From a virus (lineage: Duplodnaviria > Caudoviricetes): DNA of 61,390 bases. The position numbers and the translations under genes are program-made. The stretch is from positions 1-61,390 of IMG/VR virus record IMGVR_UViG_3300028608_000016; one strand, given 5' to 3'. The notes beneath the pieces are model-generated. The model ran no database searches. It was not told where the DNA came from and saw only the letters and a list, made by a program, of their open reading frames with translations. Of the stretch, positions 38,342 to 47,762 are shown piece after piece (within the stretch, counting starts at the first letter, position 1; each line of letters begins with the position of its first letter).

Positions 38342-40654
38342 TTACGAATCCCATTTTGGAATTTTGGTTACGCTGATGTTTAGCGTGAGCAACGCGGGGA
38401 ACTGCGAAACGTTGGCATTGTTGATGCGCATTTTGCCAACCACTTCAACAAAGCCTGCCGGGTGGTTGTCTTTCTCGATTTCGAAAATGCGTGTCATGCT
38501 CGCGTTTGCATAGGCCATGGCCGCAGCGTTTTCAGTTCCGGTAATGCTGGAAAAACCAGCCTGTCCAGTACCGATAATCTGCTTGCCGTAGTCTGGTTCT
38601 TTCGTGTTGGTCGAACGCATACCGACAACGAATTCAATGTTTTCCAAACCCTGCGTTGACATAAAGCCGGGGCCGAGACGAACAGAGAAATCGCACGATA
38701 CCTGAATCAGCATATTGTTTTCGACTTCGACACGGTGAGTCGCCAGCACTTGGTTGGCGTTCTTTTCCGTAATCAGGTTTGTGTGAACCGTGATCGGATC
38801 ATCCTGCGCCGCAGCCGCATACGTGTTTTCGATTCGCAGCGTTGGATACTGTCCGGTCAATCGAATGCCGTCGCCCGCTTCAAAGTTTGGAGCAGGAATC
38901 GGCAAGGTGATTGGCGACATTCCGTGGCGCAGAAGTTTCAGGCTTTTGTACGAGAGGAAACCGTCATACACAACGCCTTTGAGGTTTGTGTTTTCGGTGC
39001 CTTGCGCTTCCACGTTGTCGAAAATCAAAACTTCGACTTCGACGCCATCTTGCAGCGAACCGGTCAGGATTAGCGTGTCTTCGACAATCGTGTACAGATC
39101 GTCGTGAACGTGCGTACCTTGGTGCGAAAGGAAAACTTGCTCTTTTGTTTGCGGCTTGAACGGCAAAACAAGATACAACGTTTCGCCGGTAATCATGTAC
39201 GTCTGCGTGGTGATGCGCGTGCTGTAACCGGTCGCCAACACTTGGCGGAACGAACGCAATTCCAACGGCAGGCCAGCCAGTGGCGGTTCTGCAAAAACGA
39301 TTTCGTTGGTTTGCGGATCGTAAGTGTACGCGCTCATTTGCTGCAACGTACCGGCCAAGAATGCAAACAGGAACTTCACGTCTGCAATCGGTTGGCTCAT
39401 TTTGAAGCGAACTTTCTGGCCGTCGCCGGTGTGGTGATCGCTGGTGAATTCGAGACGCGTACCAGTGCTGGAAGCTTTGGTGAAAATGCGCAGGTCAATC
39501 GGCACAGCAGCCGAAATCTTTTCTGCGAATTCCACTTCCGATGCGTTTACGTCGAATGCGGTACGGTGCTGCGTTACGCCACCGAGGGCCGGGTAAACGA
39601 AGTTTGCGTTTTCAACAATCAGATCGCCGATGCTGTAGCGCGCTTCCTGCCCGTTGCCGATGTAGTTTAGGATGTTGATATCCAAACGACCCGGTGCCGT
39701 GTACAGAGTGTTGAGAACTTTCGCACCAGACTTTTGCGGACCCCAAACAGGCGCTTCACCCGGACCGGAAATCAGAACCCAATCTTCCGGAACGTTGGTT
39801 TTGTCGGGCAGACCGGAACCGCCACCGAGTTGCGAACCCCCGGTTTGGCGCCAAACTGCAATTGTGCAATTCGCAAGGTCAGTCAGGTTGCGGCCGTCCG
39901 ATTCGATAAACGAACCGTTGGCGGCTTCGTAATAGAAGCGGCGCGTTTGTCCTTGACCAGTACCAGCTACAACGTGAACAATCACGACTTCTTTATCAAC
40001 GAAAACTTGTGAACTCGTAATCGTGAAACTGGAAGTGGTTGCGGTTTTTGGTTTTGCAGAATAAACGCGAGTGTGATCGGTGAAGCCCCACTGGAACGCA
40101 CCGGCACCGGAACGCATAGCCAGAACGGGCGAATCGCCGCCAGCGCTGTTTACCTTTCCGTTCGCAACCAGAATGCCGTTGAATTGCGTGGCGGCTGGTG
40201 CAGGCAAACGATAAAGGAAAGCAGTCATCGGCAGCGATTCATAATCGCCGTAGGCAACATTGATTGTGGTGAGGTCGCCGCGAGTGGAAGTCATCACGAC
40301 GCTGATTTCGTAAAGCTCGTTCGGAATCAGAACAATCGGTTCAGAGAAAACGCAACGCCCCAGCAGAACCTCGCCGGTCAGGTAAACGCACAATTCCTTG
40401 ATTTCGGTTTCAACTTCAACACTGTTGCCGTCGAGTACGAAAAAGAATCGGGCACTGTTTGCGCTGGCAACCTCAACGTGGTGAATGCTTCCTTGAATGA
40501 GCGTGTTACCGAGAATGTCGGTCGCATTTTCAATCGTCGGCGAAAGGCCGGAATCCCCGCCTCTGAAAAATACCGGGTCAACCAAGATGCCACCCGCGTT
40601 TGCGTTTTGAATCGCGCGCAGGCCAACATCTTGAAGAATGAGTTTGTCAGTCAT
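38342..40654 (-). CDS. Baseplate / tail-fibre attachment protein
   Basis: N-terminal tail-collar-like (DUF3751-type) segment LQDVGLRAIQNA...GGD...IKELCVY; three G(N/D)G....F/Y...G..Q Ig-like modules. Confidence 0.65.
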   Translation of the reverse strand: MTDKLILQDVGLRAIQNANAGGILVDPVFFRGGDSGLSPTIENATDILGNTLIQGSIHHVEVASANSARFFFVLDGNSVEVETEIKELCVYLTGEVLLGRCVFSEPIVLIPNELYEISVVMTSTRGDLTTINVAYGDYESLPMTAFLYRLPAPAATQFNGILVANGKVNSAGGDSPVLAMRSGAGAFQWGFTDHTRVYSAKPKTATTSSFTITSSQVFVDKEVVIVHVVAGTGQGQTRRFYYEAANGSFIESDGRNLTDLANCTIAVWRQTGGSQLGGGSGLPDKTNVPEDWVLISGPGEAPVWGPQKSGAKVLNTLYTAPGRLDINILNYIGNGQEARYSIGDLIVENANFVYPALGGVTQHRTAFDVNASEVEFAEKISAAVPIDLRIFTKASSTGTRLEFTSDHHTGDGQKVRFKMSQPIADVKFLFAFLAGTLQQMSAYTYDPQTNEIVFAEPPLAGLPLELRSFRQVLATGYSTRITTQTYMITGETLYLVLPFKPQTKEQVFLSHQGTHVHDDLYTIVEDTLILTGSLQDGVEVEVLIFDNVEAQGTENTNLKGVVYDGFLSYKSLKLLRHGMSPITLPIPAPNFEAGDGIRLTGQYPTLRIENTYAAAAQDDPITVHTNLITEKNANQVLATHRVEVENNMLIQVSCDFSVRLGPGFMSTQGLENIEFVVGMRSTNTKEPDYGKQIIGTGQAGFSSITGTENAAAMAYANASMTRIFEIEKDNHPAGFVEVVGKMRINNANVSQFPALLTLNISVTKIPKWDS

Positions 40655-40664
40655 GTGAAAACCT

Positions 40665-40913
40665 TTAAACCGGAATCGGGTTGGTCACGCGGCACGGTGG
40701 GCAGTAGTAAACTTGTCCACCATCAGCGAGAATGCCGTTGCCCATGCGAGAACCGCATTTTGGACACTGACTCGGATTCATGTTGGTGAGCGCAGAAGCG
40801 GTTGCAACTTCGCGAGTATCGGTGTTTTCTTCACCGCTGGAAGCTACCGCAGTTTCTGGTTTTGCTGGAGCGAACGGATCAAACAGTTCGCGCCCGGTGT
40901 TCATGGTTTGCAT
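40665..40913 (-). CDS. Small zinc-ribbon protein
   Basis: CPKCG...YYCPPC motif. Confidence 0.7.
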   Translation of the reverse strand: MQTMNTGRELFDPFAPAKPETAVASSGEENTDTREVATASALTNMNPSQCPKCGSRMGNGILADGGQVYYCPPCRVTNPIPV

Positions 40914-40936
40914 AAAACGTCTCCTTTTCCGTTAAA

Positions 40937-41557
40937 TTACGGGGCGGTCGGAGTTTCTTCTTCCGGTTTGTCTTTCTCGGGCAATTCAACAGTGATGTTG
41001 ATACACTTCGGTTCCGACACTTGGCCGCTATCATTCAAGATTGCGTAGGTGATCGAATCCGGCCCTTCGTACCCGCGAATAGGGCAATACAGCAGAGTAT
41101 CAAAATACAAACTCGGACGACAGAAACCAGCGGACGGCTGCACAATCACAACCGGGACAACGCGCTGGCAAACGTCGGGACCGTCGCGGCGATCAGTTCC
41201 GTAGTTTGCGTCAACAAGGCTGAATGGCGAAATCATGTTTTTGATTGGAATTTCGCACCATTCCAAATCGGTTGGGTCTTCGTTGTCGCAAATAACGTCA
41301 ACGCGTCCAGAGCGTGGCGCGTCAAACGTCAATTGTTGGCCCGCGATAGTGTACCCGGTCAGCATGCGCCGACCGTTGAAATACACTTCCACCCAATCAA
41401 CACAGGGCGGCATGAAATTCAATTTGAAGGTTCGGATGTTGTTACCCAAAACCTTCATCTTGAATGCAATGCGCTCACGGCCTTCGATGCGACTGATAAC
41501 GGTCAGGGTTTTTGCGGTCGGTTTAATCAAACGCAAATCCGGATTCAGTGCAATCAT
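40937..41557 (-). CDS. Virion protein with a C-terminal Ig/cadherin-like (Big_9-type) motif
   Basis: YCP..GYEGPDSITY...DSG..S....I.ITV and a VYFNG module. Confidence 0.6.
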   Translation of the reverse strand: MIALNPDLRLIKPTAKTLTVISRIEGRERIAFKMKVLGNNIRTFKLNFMPPCVDWVEVYFNGRRMLTGYTIAGQQLTFDAPRSGRVDVICDNEDPTDLEWCEIPIKNMISPFSLVDANYGTDRRDGPDVCQRVVPVVIVQPSAGFCRPSLYFDTLLYCPIRGYEGPDSITYAILNDSGQVSEPKCINITVELPEKDKPEEETPTAP

Positions 41558-41570
41558 TGTTTTGATTCCG

Positions 41571-42293
41571 TTAGAGTTTCGCTTGGAGCGTCAAGTCCCA
41601 GTGGGTTCCGGCGTTACTGTTTGTGTTGCTCAAGGTAATCACAAACCCGTAATGTCCGGCCACATTGGGCATTTCAAATTCCGCTGAAACAATGCGGCCC
41701 ATTGCTTTACTGCCAATGCCACCGGCCTGCACCACGTTGGCAACGTCGGAAGCGTCAGCCAGATAAATCATTTGAGTGCCCGTGCCGCCAGTGGTCGAAG
41801 GCTTGCCGACTTTGCGAAGACCAATTGTGAAATCAATGGTTGCGGTCGGCGAGTTGTTTTGCGAGTACGCTGCCGTAATGCGGAATTTCGTTCCGGCCGG
41901 GTAATCTGCCGGATCGTAATAAAACAGATTGAGCGGAATCGTTGTCAATGTGCCAGTTATAGAAAGTACCACAACGTTTGGCATCGCCCAATACGACCCA
42001 ATCCCTTGCGCGCCGACCAATGTTGAAACATTCAAAACCGGACGGAAGCGAGCAGCCACGCCGCCGAGAGCAGCGGCAATCAGTTCCTGAACTTTTGTAA
42101 GATTTGGAACGTGCTTCCACGTTGTGCCGTCGTGATGATAAAACCCATCCGGCCACGTAGTCGGGTCAGCGTGGCCCGCCAACGAAAACAATTCGCCGCG
42201 ACTGCCGTTTTCCGGAAAGGTTGGTGAAGAAGGCAGCGTGAGGTTGTGAACCACGCCACCTTCAACAATTGTGATATTGCCGTTTACTTTCAT
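41571..42293 (-). CDS. Putative short fibre / virion protein
   Basis: N-terminus MKVNGNITI resembles that of 4298..5362; FP....GELF...GFY.HDGTTW fibre motif. Confidence 0.6.
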   Translation of the reverse strand: MKVNGNITIVEGGVVHNLTLPSSPTFPENGSRGELFSLAGHADPTTWPDGFYHHDGTTWKHVPNLTKVQELIAAALGGVAARFRPVLNVSTLVGAQGIGSYWAMPNVVVLSITGTLTTIPLNLFYYDPADYPAGTKFRITAAYSQNNSPTATIDFTIGLRKVGKPSTTGGTGTQMIYLADASDVANVVQAGGIGSKAMGRIVSAEFEMPNVAGHYGFVITLSNTNSNAGTHWDLTLQAKL

Positions 42294-42351
42294 GAGAAGT
42301 TCCAGTAATTAGGTTTGCATTCTGGCTTCCTCTGCCATCCGTATTCCGCAC

Positions 42352-45300
42352 TTAGGAAAAGGTAACGTCGAAATTCGTGTTACCGATTGCGGAGAAGTTT
42401 GTGCGGTAAATAAACCACAGTGTCGAGATTCCGTTAATCACACGGGTTATGGTGATTGGTCCAGCGGTCGAACCAATGGAACCATCGGCAGGCCACGTCG
42501 CACCATCCCACCCGCCTTCGACGTGCGTGGTTACTTCTTTGAAAGTTGCCAATCCCCAAACCAGCGGATACGCAAACCAACCGTAGCGACCGGCTGAAAC
42601 GTTGATGTTGAACCGCCCGTCAATCAATTGGCCGGTCATGGCAAAGATTGCATCGTGCGAAACGTCAATCGGTGCCGTACCAAACAGCGGTTGGCTTCCG
42701 GTAACTTTCACTTCTTTTGTCACTTCGATAGTTTCGAAACCGTCGGAGTACGTGGCTTTGATTGTGAAACTTGGATTCACAACTGGACCGACCACACGCA
42801 AAAGACCATTGCTGGAAACTTGAATGTTTAGCGGGTCAGTCATGATTTCCCATTCGCACGTCACCAGCTTGCCGCCGCCCGGCACAACCGTATCCGCCAG
42901 CGTAAAAATCTCAGCGGAGAATTGGCTGGTTTCACCGATTTCCATTGTGTCTGGCGCGGTCATCAGCATGGTGCTGTATTGCGAATCGCGAACAACCGAA
43001 GAAACAACAATCGAATCTACAACCGTGTAGCCGCCGCATGTGTACGTCGCAGTAACGGTCATGGTTGCAGCGCGGTTGCCTTCAACAGTTAGGAAACCGT
43101 TTGCGTCAATCGAAGCAACATCGTTGTCAACGTCGAGTGCCCAGTCCGAAGAAACAGCGAGTTCATTCGGGCATTGGTCGAAACGAATCATTTGAGCAAA
43201 CGACGCGATTTCGTTACTGTAGAAAACAGGCGGGCCGCTGATTCGGGAAGTCATCGGTTTATCCGGCCCCATTGGTGCGACGTAACGAACGGTGATTTTG
43301 TAATTCACTTCTTCTTGGAAATAGCGCGCTGTGATTACAACGTCCATATCTTCGTCAACATCACGACCTTGCACAACGCCAGAACCAACAACATCAGCAG
43401 CAACAAAAGTCGCGTTCGAATCAAGGGTGCTCGCACTCCATTTTGGCGTGACCGGTTCCATGGTGCCATCTTTGTAAACAGCGGTAGCGGTCAAAACGAT
43501 TCGCTCACCGGCATTCACAAGGTTTGGACCGGAAACAATCAGGCCGGTGACGACGTTTGTTTTCGCAATGCACACAACGGTTTTGCGCTGCGTGAATCGC
43601 ACACCATCTTTCAGGTAATCCGCCTGCACTTCCAACAATCCGATTTCCGGATCGGCAAAAGTCAGAATGCCACCAGCGGTAATGGTTGCCCAAGTCGGGT
43701 TTCCAACAAGGCTCCACGTCGGCGCAATCAATTGGCGGCTGTTGTCGGAATAAACCGCAAGGCCAGTCAAAACACCGACTGCGCCTTCGTGCAAGTTTTC
43801 CGGACCTTGAATCACCAACGAATTCAGCACTACCGGATCGCGGGTAATGTTGACGGTAAACTCTGCGGTGAAATCACGTACTTTCGCTTTTACCACAACA
43901 GCACGCGGTCGCTCGCCGGTCGTACCAACTTCCAGAATGCCGTCTGCACCAATGTGGTAATCTTCGCACGACCAGTCAGCGATAATCACACCGCTCGAAT
44001 TGTCTTGGAAGGTGCCGATGCAGTTGAACTGCAAACGATCATTTTCGTAACCAGCGGTTGGGCCGGAAACGTTGATCGCCACCAATGGATTCAGCACTTG
44101 CGTGATTTGCGAATCGAAAGCGTGGTCCAGCGACACACCTCGGAAAGTGTATTTCGCTTTAAACGTTACGTCGGTTGTGCCTTCGGTTGTGCCTGTAGAA
44201 ACGAGGCCGTTGTTATCGACGTATGCTGCACTCGAAGACGCCGACCAACGTGCCAGCACTGCCTGTTCCGAACCATCAGAGAAAACCGCATTCGCCTGAA
44301 ACAGATACGTCGAGTTTTCTTCCAATTGCTTTTCGCCTGCGATATAGAAATCGGTAAGCGAAAGGTTTTCATCGACGTGTTTTACCTTCACCAGTTTTGC
44401 AGTTGGGTATTCCACGCCGCCGACTTTGTACACTGCATGCAGCGCCAGTTCTTGATCGGAAGAAACGTCTTCAACAGTGACGCGATTGAATGCCGCTTTT
44501 GCATACGGCGACATTAGCGTAACCTGCACGTCGATTTCGTTGTTGCCTTGTGCGTGATAACAGCGCACGGTGTAATCGCCGTAGGTGCCGCCTTGCAGCG
44601 TATCCGGACCTTCAATCTGGATGAAGCGAATGTCGTCATACGCTTTTTGAATCACCACGGATTTCTCAATCGTGTAACCCAAAAACTTTGCGTAGACTTT
44701 GACGGTCGTGTCGAAATCAACATTGCCAAAAGAGGCGAGGCCAGCCGGGGTGAATTGCACAAGGCCCGGTTTATCCGACCACCATTCATTCGGGAAAAAC
44801 TGCCCGCCGTTTTCCTCAAGGAAATAGGAAGCGGAACCGCCCATTTCGATTTTGCTCGGGCCGTTCATGGTGAAGTTGCGAATAGGCTTACCAGTACCCG
44901 GATCAATCGTGGTGCCGTTTTCACCGAAACGCAAAACGCGTCGTTTGTGTTTTTCCACAACGGCTGCGAAAGCGAGTTGGTCAACTTCCACGTCGATAGT
45001 GAAAGCGAATTTGTCGATCACCAGATTGACGGGCGCATACGAATAAAACGCCGAAAGGAGACGATCTTTCAGCGTTTGGTTTCGAGGCAGGATGATTCGC
45101 GCATCGGCCCCCACGGTTTGCATGGTGAGATTTACGTGAGTGGTTTTGTACCACGTCCCGCCATCCACGCGTTTTGGCCCGTAGGGTTCCGGATAGAAAT
45201 CAATGTAGTCTTCGGTCCACAAAGTTTGCACGCTCATGCGGCGGCCGAGAATAAACTCGATCACCCGCCACATGGAATCCAAACCCGAATGCTGATAAAT

Positions 45301-45564
45301 CAGCGGAATCATGTAAACCGATTTCGTCAACCGATCAGGATTCAAAATCAAATCCAGCGGCGTATCAATGCCGAGGTCGCGCAGCGTAAGCAACACGATG
45401 TTTGGATCGGTGACTGCGGTGATGTTTCGGATTTCACGCAAACCTTCCATTGGTTCGCGAACTTGCGTTTGGTAGAAATCAGCCAGTGCGTCGAGGAAGT
45501 CTTGCCACGCGACCTGCGACGTAAACATTTCTGTTTCGAGGCCGTCAAACGTAATCTTTTCCAT
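42352..45564 (-). CDS. Baseplate wedge subunit with tandem Ig-like repeats
   Basis: Follows the gp6-like gene; P2 gpI/T4 gp7-like N-terminus; about eight I.GP......Y.DG....WS....G.L Ig repeats. Confidence 0.75.
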   Translation of the reverse strand: MEKITFDGLETEMFTSQVAWQDFLDALADFYQTQVREPMEGLREIRNITAVTDPNIVLLTLRDLGIDTPLDLILNPDRLTKSVYMIPLIYQHSGLDSMWRVIEFILGRRMSVQTLWTEDYIDFYPEPYGPKRVDGGTWYKTTHVNLTMQTVGADARIILPRNQTLKDRLLSAFYSYAPVNLVIDKFAFTIDVEVDQLAFAAVVEKHKRRVLRFGENGTTIDPGTGKPIRNFTMNGPSKIEMGGSASYFLEENGGQFFPNEWWSDKPGLVQFTPAGLASFGNVDFDTTVKVYAKFLGYTIEKSVVIQKAYDDIRFIQIEGPDTLQGGTYGDYTVRCYHAQGNNEIDVQVTLMSPYAKAAFNRVTVEDVSSDQELALHAVYKVGGVEYPTAKLVKVKHVDENLSLTDFYIAGEKQLEENSTYLFQANAVFSDGSEQAVLARWSASSSAAYVDNNGLVSTGTTEGTTDVTFKAKYTFRGVSLDHAFDSQITQVLNPLVAINVSGPTAGYENDRLQFNCIGTFQDNSSGVIIADWSCEDYHIGADGILEVGTTGERPRAVVVKAKVRDFTAEFTVNITRDPVVLNSLVIQGPENLHEGAVGVLTGLAVYSDNSRQLIAPTWSLVGNPTWATITAGGILTFADPEIGLLEVQADYLKDGVRFTQRKTVVCIAKTNVVTGLIVSGPNLVNAGERIVLTATAVYKDGTMEPVTPKWSASTLDSNATFVAADVVGSGVVQGRDVDEDMDVVITARYFQEEVNYKITVRYVAPMGPDKPMTSRISGPPVFYSNEIASFAQMIRFDQCPNELAVSSDWALDVDNDVASIDANGFLTVEGNRAATMTVTATYTCGGYTVVDSIVVSSVVRDSQYSTMLMTAPDTMEIGETSQFSAEIFTLADTVVPGGGKLVTCEWEIMTDPLNIQVSSNGLLRVVGPVVNPSFTIKATYSDGFETIEVTKEVKVTGSQPLFGTAPIDVSHDAIFAMTGQLIDGRFNINVSAGRYGWFAYPLVWGLATFKEVTTHVEGGWDGATWPADGSIGSTAGPITITRVINGISTLWFIYRTNFSAIGNTNFDVTFS

Positions 45565-47009
45565 TAGGTGTTCTCGCGTTCGGTGTACACGACATTGATT
45601 GTTGGAACGCCGGACAGCGTGACGTAAGAAGTTGGATCAGTCAGCACGATGGATTCTTCACCGTTAAACGATTCAACTTCGACGTAATCCACACCATCCA
45701 TTTTGCAGGCGTCCCGAATGTCGGATTTCGACAAACGCCGTTTCAGAATGCCAGCGCGTTTCTGGAACAGCTTGAGGATTGCTTCGTTGCATTTCAGTTT
45801 GATGGATTCCGGATCGGCAGTGCTGAGCACCGCAACCAGTACGCGCACGTCCACCAAAACTTTGACCGGGTTGCAGCTTTCGATTTCAATCATCGCATGG
45901 ACTTGCGGCTGCAACCAATTGATGAAATTCGTCCAGCTTGCAGATTTCGGGTTTGGGTTTGCACCGCCCCACGAATCAAGCTGTTCGGGCAGGATGCAAA
46001 TTCGCATCGTGTTCATCCACGTCCGATCATACGGCGCGATATCACGTTGGCCCAAAACACAACAGTCTGCAACGCCCGGATAATCTACAATCTTTGCGCG
46101 GATTTCAGTTGCGCTGATTGCCTTTTCCCGAGCACGAAACATCAGGGGGCCAAACGTTTTGTAATACGCGCTCGACTTTACGTTGCCGCCACCGAGGGTA
46201 GGCGTAACGGTTGCACCGGCCAGCAACGGATACTGAATCGAACGGGAACGCACACCGCTTTGCATTCCGTTTGCGGCTTCACCTTGCGAAACCACATAGC
46301 GCGCAGTCAGTACCGAATTGCGCGGCAGGCGAGCGCCGTATTCACCGTCACCGAAAATAAACGACACGTCGCCTTTTGCAGTGGTCGATTCGAAATAAAC
46401 GTAATCGTCACCATCGTATTTAAACAGGCCACCGTCTGCACGATTCCACACGCGGGTTGTGCCGCTCACTTTGTCAGTGGTGAAAAGAAGCAAATCAGAA
46501 GTGACGACGAAATCAGGTTGGCCGAGGAAGAATTCGAGGAAATCAACCGGCGTCGAGTCGAGGTCAAACAATTGCGTTTTGACTTCACCCTGCGTCAGTT
46601 CAACATCCATTTCTTGACCGGCAGTGAAAACCAATTGGCCGGGGTTGTAGTATTTGACGCCGCCGATATCAAACGCGCTGTATTGCGGAACAAACATCGC
46701 TTGAGGGTACGCGTTTTTCAGGCGCACCGTGGTGGCGGCGCTGATACGACGGGAAATGTGCGTGCCTTGTTGGCGAACGATTGCGTAAATGGAACTGTCG
46801 CGCACAGCGGTAGACAGAAACGCATTTCGCATGCTCATGATGCCGAGGTGTTGCGAAGCCGCGACCGAACCACCAATCATGCTGATAATGGTTTCGCCAA
46901 CGTTGGTTGGCAATGTGTCGATCCAAGAACCACGCTCGGTTAATTCGCGGTGAATTTCTTTTACCGCGTCTTCGAAGTCAACAACAATTCTGGAAAAGTC
47001 TTTGCTCAT
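45564..47009 (-). CDS. Baseplate wedge protein (T4 gp6 / P2 gpJ-like)
   Basis: AFLSTAVRDSSIY, FGDGEYGARLP, Y.VSQGEAAN and RA.EKAIS motifs typical of gp6. Confidence 0.9.
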   Translation of the reverse strand: MSKDFSRIVVDFEDAVKEIHRELTERGSWIDTLPTNVGETIISMIGGSVAASQHLGIMSMRNAFLSTAVRDSSIYAIVRQQGTHISRRISAATTVRLKNAYPQAMFVPQYSAFDIGGVKYYNPGQLVFTAGQEMDVELTQGEVKTQLFDLDSTPVDFLEFFLGQPDFVVTSDLLLFTTDKVSGTTRVWNRADGGLFKYDGDDYVYFESTTAKGDVSFIFGDGEYGARLPRNSVLTARYVVSQGEAANGMQSGVRSRSIQYPLLAGATVTPTLGGGNVKSSAYYKTFGPLMFRAREKAISATEIRAKIVDYPGVADCCVLGQRDIAPYDRTWMNTMRICILPEQLDSWGGANPNPKSASWTNFINWLQPQVHAMIEIESCNPVKVLVDVRVLVAVLSTADPESIKLKCNEAILKLFQKRAGILKRRLSKSDIRDACKMDGVDYVEVESFNGEESIVLTDPTSYVTLSGVPTINVVYTERENT

Positions 47010-47011
47010 AA

Positions 47012-47383
47012 TCAGCGTGCCAAGTTAAAGTCAAATTTCACCCGGCTCGGATCGAGGTAGGGCGACGAATAAGTGATCGAAACGAAATGCACCTGTTCGT
47101 CCGGAACCGGAATCACTGTGCAGGATTCGATGGTAATCCGAAACTCATTGTTGCGGGGGAACAAGGTCATGATTTCCGTTTTGATCTTTTGTGCGGTGAT
47201 ATCGTCACACGGATCAAACAGGTAAATCGGAATGTTGGAACCGATACGTGGCCTGAACCATTTCGAACGAATCGGCGTGGTGCAGATCATCATGATGTTT
47301 TGGTTTACGGCGTCGGCGTCTGTCACCAAAGTGTTTGGGTTGTCGCCGCCCATGAAAAGGTTTACGTCAGAATAGATTGGCAT
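47012..47383 (-). CDS. Baseplate gp25 / GPW-like protein
   Basis: YSDVNL...DADAVNQNI..I..TP.....RP.IGS.I..YLFDP motif. Confidence 0.9.
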   Translation of the reverse strand: MPIYSDVNLFMGGDNPNTLVTDADAVNQNIMMICTTPIRSKWFRPRIGSNIPIYLFDPCDDITAQKIKTEIMTLFPRNNEFRITIESCTVIPVPDEQVHFVSITYSSPYLDPSRVKFDFNLAR

Positions 47384-47386
47384 GTG

Positions 47387-47680
47387 TCACCCGGTGAAAA
47401 CATTCAAAGAGCCGTTGCTTGCCATATCGCCACAATCAATTCCGGCGCCGCGTGTATGAGCCAACCGCCCGTTCACAAAAACCGTTGCCGAACCGGGCAA
47501 AGCTGTGCCTTGGTGGCAGCCCATTCCGGGGCAACAGTGCGCCATGTATTTATCGCCGGTTCGTACTTCCGCGATTTGGTTTACGAAAACGTCTACGCTG
47601 GCTTGTGCCGGAAGGGTAGACGGAAAGCAACCGTGGCCGGTCGAAAAGTCGGTCATTAGCCGGATATTTGGACGCCCCAT
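47387..47680 (-). CDS. PAAR spike-tip protein (T4 gp5.4-like)
   Basis: True start MGRPNIR at 47680; STGHGCFP...VFVN...GD....HCC...H...GSATVFVNG...CGD..GS.NVF. Confidence 0.92.
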   Translation of the reverse strand: MGRPNIRLMTDFSTGHGCFPSTLPAQASVDVFVNQIAEVRTGDKYMAHCCPGMGCHQGTALPGSATVFVNGRLAHTRGAGIDCGDMASNGSLNVFTG

Positions 47681-47720
47681 GGCAACACGCTCCGAAACTG
47701 TAAATTGTATGTGTATGATT

Positions 47721-47726
47721 AAATTA
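47721..47726 (-). promoter_or_regulatory. Candidate phage late-promoter element TAATTT
   Basis: Lies about 40 nt upstream of the PAAR start; the same hexamer recurs upstream of other structural gene starts (60987, 40934, 31682, 20345). Confidence 0.35.
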
Positions 47727-47762
47727 GCCGGGAATCCGGGTATACCGTAAAGGAGAATCAAA

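Noticed and set aside
83-47000. Many long plus-strand ORFs (e.g. 17645..19906, 27322..29556, 13792..15516, 20350..21987)
   Set aside because: They are antisense shadows of well-supported minus-strand genes, produced by codon bias; they have no motifs or RBS and an unnatural composition.
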